Shown here one piece after another: positions 1-8,800 of a DNA stretch of 64,000 nt. Under the pieces are notes generated by a model that was not told the origin of the DNA, did no database searches, and saw nothing but the letters and a program-made list of their open reading frames with translations. Source of the stretch: Eledone cirrhosa (taxonomy: Eukaryota); assembly GCA_964016885.1 (NCBI GenBank), contig OZ024745.1:2666001-2730000 (forward strand). The letters run 5' to 3'. Numbering within the stretch: the stretch's first letter is position 1; every line of letters begins with the position of its first letter. The position numbers and the translations under genes are program-made.

Positions 1-3000
1 ACCAAGACACCAAGTCAGCGAGACACCGAGACATCAAGACACCGAGACATCAAGACACCAAGACATCAAGACACCGAGACATCAAGACACCGAAAGACCG
101 AGACACCAAGACACCGAGTCCCCGAGACACCAAGACACCAAGACACTGAGACACCGTGACACCAAGACACCAAGACACCAAGACACCAAGACAGCGAGAC
201 ACCGAGACATCAAGACACCTAGTCACCGAGACACCAAGACACCGAGACACCAAGACACCAAGACACCAAAACACCAAGACACCAAGACACCGAGACACCA
301 AGACACCGAAACACCAAGACACCAAGACACCGAGACACCGAGACACCGAGACACCAAGACACCAAGACACCGAGACACCGAGACACCAGGACACCAAGTC
401 ACTAAGACAACGAGACACCAAGACACCAAGACACCGTGACATCAACGTCACCAAGATACCGAGACACCAAGACACCGAGGCACCAAGACACCGAGACACC
501 GTGACACCAAGACACCAAGACACCGAGATACCCAGACACCAAGACACCGAGACACCGAGACACCAAGACACCGAGACATCGAGACACCGAGACACCAAGA
601 AACCAAGACACCAAGACACCGAGACACCAAGTCACCAAGACACCAAGACACCAAGACTCCAAGACACCGAGACACCAAGACACCAAGACACCAAGACACC
701 GAGACACCAAGAGACCGAGACACCGAGACACCGAGACACCGAGACACCGAGACATCAAGGTCACCAAGATACCGAGACACCAAGACACTGAGACACCAAG
801 ACACCGAGACACCGTGACACCAAGACACCAAGACACCGAGACACCAAGAGACCGAGACACCGAGACACCGAGACACCGAGACACCGAGACATCAAGATCA
901 CCAAGATACCGAGGCACCAAGACACCGAGACACCAAGACACCGAGACACCAAGACACCGAATCACCGAGACACCAAGACACCAAGACACCAAGACACCAA
1001 GACACCAAGATACCGAGACACCAAGACCCCAAGACACCGAGACACCGAGACACCGAGACACCGAGACACCGATACACCAAGACACCGAGACACCAAGACA
1101 CCGAGACACCAAGACACCGAGACACCGAGACACCGAGACACCAAGACACCAAGACACCGAGACATCAAGGTTACCAAGATACCGAGACACCAAGACACCG
1201 AGACACCAAAACACCGAGACACCGAGACACCAAGACACCGAGACACCAAGACACCGAGTCACCGAGACACTAAGACACCAAGACACCGTGACACCAAGAT
1301 ACCGAGACACCAAGACCCCAAGAGACCGAGACACCAAGACACCGAGACACCGAGACACCAAGACACCAAGACACCGAGACACCGAGACACCAAGACACCA
1401 AGACATCAAGACACCGAGACACCTAGACACCGAGACACGGAGACACCGAGACACCGAGACACCGAGACACCAAACATCAAGACACCGAGACACCAAGACA
1501 CCGAGTCACCAAGACACCGAGACTCCGAGACACCGAGACACCAAGACACCAAGACACCAAGACACCGAGACACCAAGATACCGAGACACCAAGACCCCAA
1601 GACACCAAGACACCAAGACACCGATACACCAAGACACCGAGACACCAAGACACCGAGACACCGAGACACCAAGACACCAAGACACCAAGACACCGAGAGA
1701 CCGAGACACCAATACACCGAGACACCAAGGCACCGAGGCACCGAGAAACCAAGACACAAAAGACACCAAGACACCGAGACACCGAGACACCGAGACACAA
1801 AGACACCAAGACAACAAGACACCAAGACACGGAGACACCGAGGCACCAAGATACCGAGTCATCGAGACACCAAGACACCAAGACACCTAGACACCGAGAC
1901 ACCAAGATACCGAGACACCACGACACCAAGAAACCGAGACACCAAGACACCAAGACACCAAGACACCGAGACACCGAGACACCAAGACACCAAGACACCA
2001 AGACACCAAGACAGCGAGACACCGAGACATCAAGACACCTAGTCACCGAGACACCAAGACACCGAGACACCAAGACACCAAGACACCAAGGCACCAAAAC
2101 ACCAAGACACCAAGACACCGAGACACCAAGAGACCGAAACACCAAGACACCAAGACACCGAGAAACCGAAACACAAAGACACCAAGACACCGAGACATCA
2201 AGACACCGAGACATCGAGACACCGAGACACCAAACACCGAGAAACCAAGACACCGAGACACCAAGACACAAAGACACCGAGACACCAAGACACCAAGACG
2301 CCAATATACCGAGACACTAAGACACCACAAGACACCAAGACACCAAGACACCAAGACACCGAGACACCGAGACATCAAGACACCGAGACACCAAGAAACC
2401 GAGACACCGAGACACCGAGACACCGAAACATAAAGACACCAAGACACCAAGACACCAAGACAACAAGACACCGAGACACCAAGACACCAAGACATCGTGT
2501 CACCAAGACACCAAGACACCAAGACACCGTGGCACCGAGACATCAAGACACAAAGACACCAAGACACCGGGACACCCAGATACCAAGACTCCAAGACACC
2601 GAGTCACCGAAACACCGAGACACCAAGACACCAAGACATCAAGACACCAAGACAGCGAAACACCTAGACACCAAGACACCGAGACATCAAGGCACCAAGA
2701 CACCAAGATACCGAAACACCAAGATACCAAGACACCAAGACACCGAGTCACCGAGTCACCAAGACACCAAGACACCAAGACACCAAGACACCGACACACC
2801 GAGACACCGAGACACCAAGATACCAAGACACCAAGACACCCAGTCAACGAGACACCAAGACACCAAGACATCAAGACATCAAGACAACGAGACACCAAGA
2901 CACCAAGACACCGATACACCGAGACATCAAGACACCGAGACAACAAGAAACCGCGACACCGAGACACCGAGACACCGAAACACCAAGACACCAAGACACC

Positions 3001-5410
3001 AAGACACCAAGACACCAAGACACCGAGACACCGAGACACCAAGACGTCAAGACACCAAGACACCGAGACAGCAAGACACCAAGACACCATGACACCGAGA
3101 CACCAAGACACCACGACACTAAGACACCGAGACACCAAGACACCGAGACACCGAGACACCGAGACACCAAGACACCGAGACACCGAGACACCAAGACACC
3201 AAGACACCAATACGCCGAGACACCAAGACACCACAAGACACCAAGACACCGAGACACCGAGACACCGAGAATCAAGAAACCGAGACACCGAGACACCGAG
3301 ACACCAAGACACCGAGACACCAAGACACCGAGACACAAAGACGACAAGACACCGAGTCAGCGAGACACCAAGACACCAAGACACCGAGACACCGAGACAC
3401 CAAGACACCGAGACACCGAGACAGCGAGACACCGTGACACCGAGACACCGAGACACGAAGACACCAAGACACAAAGACACCGAGACACCGAGACACCAAG
3501 ACACCGAGTCAGCGAGACACCAAGACACCAAATCACCGAGACACCGAGACACTAAACAACAAGACACCAAGACACCAAGTCAGCGAGACACCGAGACATC
3601 AAGACACCGAGACATCAAGACACCAAGACATCAAGACACCGAGACATCAAGACACCGAAAGACCGAGACACCAAGACACCGAGTCACCGAGACACCAAGA
3701 CACCAAGACACTGAGACACCGTGACACCAAGACACCAAGACACCAAGACACCAAGACAGCGAGACACCGAGACATCAAGACACCTAGTCACCGAGACACC
3801 AAGACACCGAGACACCAAGACACCAAGACACCAAAACACCAAGACACCAAGACACCGAGACACCAAGACACCGAAACACCAAGACACCAAGACACCGAGA
3901 CACCGAGACACCGAGACACCAAGACACCAAGACACCGAGACACCGAGACACCAGGACACCAAGTCACTAAGACAACGAGACACCAAGACACCAAGACACC
4001 GTGACATCAACGTCACCAAGATACCGAGACACCAAGACACCGAGGCACCAAGACACCGAGACACCGTGACACCAAGACACCAAGACACCGAGATACCCAG
4101 ACACCAAGACACCGAGACACCGAGACACCAAGACACCGAGACATCGAGACACCGAGACACCAAGAAACCAAGACACCAAGACACCGAGACACCAAGTCAC
4201 CAAGACACCAAGACACCAAGACTCCAAGACACCGAGACACCAAGACACCAAGACACCAAGACACCGAGACACCAAGAGACCGAGACACCGAGACACCGAG
4301 ACACCGAGACACCGAGACATCAAGGTCACCAAGATACCGAGACACCAAGACACCGAGACACCAAGACACCGAGACACCGTGACACCAAGACACCAAGACA
4401 CCGAGACACCAAGAGACCGAGACACCGAGACACCGAGACACCGAGACACCGAGACATCAAGGTCACCAAGATACCGAGACACCAAGACACCGAGACACCA
4501 AGACACCGAGACACCAAGACACCGAATCACCGAGACACCAAGACACCAAGACACCAAGACACCGAGACACCAAGATACCGAGACACCAAGACCCCAAGAC
4601 ACCGAGACACCGAGACACCGAGACACCGAGACACCGATACACCAAGACACCGAGACACCAAGACACCGAGACACCAAGACACCGAGACACCGAGACACCG
4701 AGACACCAAGACACCAAGACACCGAGACATCAAGGTTACCAAGATACCGAGACACCAAGACACCGAGACACCAAAACACCGAGACACCGAGACACCAAGA
4801 CACCGAGACACCAAGACACCGAGTCACCGAGACACTAAGACACCAAGACACCGTGACACCAAGATACCGAGACACCAAGACCCCAAGAGACCGAGACACC
4901 AAGACACCGAGACACCGAGACACCAAGACACCAAGACACCGAGACACCGAGACACCAAGACACCAAGACATCAAGACACCGAGACACCTAGACACCGAGA
5001 CACGGAGACACCGAGACACCGAGACACCGAGACACCAAACATCAAGACACCGAGACACCAAGACACCGAGTCACCAAGACACCGAGACTCCGAGACACCG
5101 AGACACCAAGACACCAAGACACCAAGACACCGAGACACCAAGATACCGAGACACCAAGACCCCAAGACACCAAGACACCAAGACACCGAGACACCGAGAC
5201 ACCAAGACACCAAGACACCGAGACACCGAGACACCAAGACACCAAGACATCAAGACACCGAGACACCAAGACACCGAGACACTGAGACACCAAGACACCA
5301 AGATATCAAGACACCGAGACACCAAGACACCAAGACACCGAGACACCGAGACACCAAGACACCAAGACATCAAAACACCGAGACACCAAGACGCCAAGAC
5401 ACCAAGAGAC
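1..5410. repeat. 8-bp tandem repeat (satellite/minisatellite), consensus GACACCAA / GACACCGA, about 675 units in the window; begins upstream of the window
   Basis: Continuous ACACC(A/G)AG units from base 1 to ...accaagagac at 5410. Recurrent minor variants include GACATCAA, GATACCGA, GTCACCGA and GACACCGT. The + strand is nearly devoid of T. Unit count is estimated from length/8. Confidence 0.98.
3566..5185. repeat. Higher-order duplicate of ~1-1620 within the 8-bp array (offset 3,565 bp)
   Basis: Rare variants recur in the same order at +3565 (aagtcagcgag, ccgaaagacc, acctagtcacc, catcaacgtcacc, atacccag, acacggag). ORF pairs 156/3721, 223/3788, 402/3967 and 814/4379 all differ by 3565. Confidence 0.95.
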
Positions 5411-5449
5411 AAATATTAGTCTTTAATAATTGACAGAGTAACCGAACCT

Positions 5450-5459
5450 GGTATCGAAC
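5450..5459 (-). promoter_or_regulatory. Isolated B-box-like motif (GTTCGATACC), possibly a remnant of an older SINE/tRNA head
   Basis: The + strand reads GGTATCGAAC. Its context AACCTGGTATCGAAC resembles the SINE's own AACCCAGGAATCGAAC (5709-5724). No A box was found. Confidence 0.4.
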
Positions 5460-5714
5460 AATGTAAAATATTTAAACGATTCAATACGTAAGTAGTCTAA
5501 ATCTAAAGTCTGTCTTAAGCCAGAAGGCTCAAATGGCCGGTGCTTATCCTGGTTTCATGACGTGAAGCGACTGAGAGTACTAAACTTCTTCCTGGACAGG
5601 GCGCCAGTCCATCGCAGGGTTAAACCCCAGCTATTACTGGTACTCATTTTCAGCTGAATATACTGGAGCAAAGTGAAATGAAGTGTTTTGCTCAAGAACA
5701 CAACAGGCAACCCA

Positions 5715-5725
5715 GGAATCGAACT
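5715..5725 (-). promoter_or_regulatory. RNA Pol III internal promoter B box of the SINE
   Basis: Minus strand AGTTCGATTCC matches the GTTCGANNCC core at tRNA-like spacing from the A box. Confidence 0.82.
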
Positions 5726-5758
5726 CGTAATGTTTTGATCGTAACTCCAGCATCCTTA

Positions 5759-5769
5759 CCACTAGGCTA
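5759..5769 (-). promoter_or_regulatory. RNA Pol III internal promoter A box of the SINE
   Basis: Minus strand TAGCCTAGTGG matches TRGCNNARYGG. It lies ~11 nt from the element's 5' end and ~33 nt upstream of the B box. Confidence 0.8.
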
Positions 5770-5856
5770 CGTGGCTTCACACATGTGTAAAGTAGTTAAG
5801 GCCATAAAGATTCCCAAAAGGTTAATATTTATAATATAAGTTTAAAACATGATTAA

Positions 5857-5866
5857 GGATTCGAAC
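5857..5866 (-). promoter_or_regulatory. Isolated B-box-like motif (GTTCGAATCC) overlapping the first bases of the 45-bp satellite
   Basis: The + strand reads GGATTCGAAC, whose reverse complement is the canonical tRNA T-loop/B box. Its final AAC is also the start of the first monomer (AACAGTGTTGG). Confidence 0.45.
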
Positions 5867-8800
5867 AGTGTTGGTGGTTGTATGGTAGAACCACTGGTTA
5901 TATAATTATATAACAGTGTTGGTGGTTGTATGGTAGAACCAGTTATATAATTATATAACAGTGTTGGTGGTTGTATGGTAGAACCAGTTATATAATTATA
6001 TAACAGTGTTGGCGGTAGTATGGTAGAACCAGTTATATAATTATATAACAGTGTTGGTGGTTGTATGGTAGAACCAGTTATATAATTATATAACAGTGTT
6101 GGTGGTTGTATGGTAGAACCAGTTATATAATTATATAACAGTTGGTGGTAGTATGGTAGAACCAGTTATATAATTATATAACAGTGTTGGTGGTTGTATG
6201 GTAGAACCAGTTATATAATTATATAACAGTGTTGGTGGTTGTATGGTAGAACCAGTTATATAATTATATAACAGTGTTGGTGGTTGTATGGTAGAACCAG
6301 TTATATAATTATATAACAGTGTTGGTGGTTGTATGGTAGAACCAGTTATATAATTATATAACAGTGTTAGTGGTTGTATGGTAGTACCAGTTATAAAATT
6401 ATATAACAGTGTTGGTGGTTGTATGGTAGAACCAGTTATATAATTATATAACAGTGTTGGTGGTTGTATGGTAGTACCAGTTATATAATTATATAACAGT
6501 GTTGGTGGTTGTATGGTAGAACCAGTGATATAATTATATAACAGTGTTGGTGGTGGTATGGTAGAACCAGTTATATAATTATATAACAGTGTTAGTGGTT
6601 GTATGGTAGAACCAGTTATATAATTATATAACAGTGTTGGTGGTTGTATGGTAGAACCACTGGTTATATAATTATATAACAGTGTTGGCGGTAGTATGGT
6701 AGAACCAGTTATATAATTATATAACTGTGTTGGTGGTTGTATGGTAGAACCAGTGATATAATTATATAACAGTGTTGGTGATTATATGGTAGAACCAGTT
6801 ATATAATTATATAACAGTGTTGGTGGCTGTATGGGAGAACCAGTTATATAATTATATAACAGTGTTGGTGGTTGTATGGTAGAACCAGTTATATAATTAT
6901 ATAACAGTTGGTGGTTGTATGGTAGAACCAGTTATATAATTATATAACAGTGTTAGTGGTTGTATGGTAGAACCAGTTATATAATTATATAAGTGTTGGT
7001 GGTTGTATGGTAGAACCAGTGATATAATTATATAACAGTGTTGGTGGCTGTATGGTAGAACCAGTTATATAATTATATAACAGTGTTGGTGGTTGTATGG
7101 TAGAACCAGTTATATAATTATATAACAGTGTTGGTGGTTGTATGCTAGAACCAGTTATATAATTATATAACAGTTGGTGGTTGTATGGTAGAACCAGTTA
7201 TATAATTATATAACAGTGGTAGTGGTTGTATGGTAGAACCAGTTATATAATGATATAACAGTTGGTGGTAGTATGGTAGAACCAGTTATATAATTATATA
7301 ACAGTGTTGGTGGCTGTATGGTAGAAGCAGTTATATAATTATATAACAGTTGGTCGTTGTATGGTAGAACCAGTTATATAATTATATAACAGTTGGTAGT
7401 TGTATGGTAGAACCAGTTATATAATTATATAACAGTGTTGGTGGTTGTATGGTAGAATCAGTTATATAATTATATAACAGTGTTGGTGGTTGTATGGTAG
7501 AACCAGTGATATAATTATATAACAGTGTTGGTGGTTGTATGGTAGAACCAGTTATATAATTATATAACAGTTGGTGGTAGTATGGTAGAAACAGTTATAT
7601 AATTATATAACAGTTGGTGGTAGTATGGTAGAACCAGTTATATAATTATATAACAGTGTTGGTGGTTGTATGGTAGAACCAGTTATATAATTATATAACA
7701 GTGTTGGTGGTTGTATGGTAGAACCAGTTATATAATTATATAACAGTTGGTGGTAGTATGGTAGAACCAGTTATATAATTATATAACAGTTGGTGGTAGT
7801 ATGGTAGAACCAGTTATATAATTATATAACAGTGTTGGTGGTTGTATGGTAGAACCAGTTATATAATTATATAACAGTTGGTGGTTGTATGGTAGAACCA
7901 GTTATATAATTATATAACAGTGTTGGTGGTTGTATGGTAGAACCAGTGATATAATTATATAACAGTGTTGGTGGTTGTATGGTAGAACCAGTTATATAAT
8001 TATATAACAGTTGGTGGTTGTATGGTAGAACCAGTGATATAATTATATAACAGTGTTGGTGGTTGTATGGTAGAACCAGTTATATAATTATATAACAGTG
8101 TTGGTGGTTGTATGGTAGAACCAGTTATATAATTATATAACAGTTGGTGGTTGTATGGTAGAACCAGTGATATAATTATATAACAGTGTTGGTGGCTGTA
8201 TGGTAGAACGAGTTATACAATTATATAACAGTGTTGGTGGTTGTATGGTAGAACCAGTTATATAATTATATAACAGTGTTGGTGGTTGTATGGTAGAACC
8301 AGTTATATAATTATACAACAGTGTTGGCGGTTGTATGGTAGAACCAGTTATATAATTATATAACAGTGTTGGTGGTTGTATGGTAGAACCAGTTATATAA
8401 TTATATAACAGTTGGTGGTTGTATGGTAGAACCAGTTATATAATTATATAACAGTGATGGTGGTTGTATGGTAGAACCAGTGATATAATTATATAACAGT
8501 GTTGGTGGTTGTATGGTAGAACGAGTTATATAATTATATAACAGTTGGTGGTTGTATGGTAGAAACAGTGATATAATTATATAACAGTGTTGGTGGTTGT
8601 ATGGTAGAACCAGTTATATAATTATATAACAGTGTTGGTGGTTGTATGGTAGAACCAGTTATATAATTATATAACAGTGTTGGTGGTTGAATGGTAGAAC
8701 CAGTGATATAATTATATAACAGTGTTGGTGGTGGTATGGTAGAACCAGTTATATAATTATATAACAGTGTTGGTGGTGGTATGGTAGAACCAGTTATATA

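Larger units (their letters stand above)
5494..5780 (-). mobile_element. tRNA-derived SINE (SINE2-type) with CORE-like central domain and short tandem-repeat 3' tail
   Basis: The minus strand reads GTGAAGCCACG-TAGCCTAGTGG (A box)...AGTTCGATTCC (B box), then GTGTTCTTGAGCAAAACACTTCATTTCACTTTGCTCCAGT...CAGCTGAAAATGAGTACC. This resembles the CORE-SINE domain (TGTGACCTTGGGCAAGTCACTTAACCTCTCTG...CTGTAAAATGG). It continues CCCTGCGATGGACTGGCGCCCTGTCCAGG, a motif I recall from aquatic-animal SINEs, and ends in a repeat tail AGACTTT-AGATTT-AGACT. The exact family is not assigned. Confidence 0.85.

Noticed and set aside
50-5433. Long ORFs on both strands (TPRHQDTK / SWCLGVLV repeats, up to 570 aa)
   Set aside because: All stop codons need both T and A. 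The + strand has almost no T and the - strand almost no A, so every frame stays open. An 8-bp period gives the same 8-aa repeat in all frames, starts are mostly GTG/TTG, and indels shift frames freely.
5705-5780. Functional tRNA gene
   Set aside because: A and B boxes are present, but I could not form a convincing acceptor and anticodon stem. The sequence continues directly into SINE body domains.
5490-5796. Target-site duplication AAGTAGT (5490-5496 and 5790-5796) around the SINE
   Set aside because: It is only 7 bp in AT-rich DNA, and the right copy is ~9 bp away from the inferred SINE 5' end. It is possible but cannot be supported without a family consensus.
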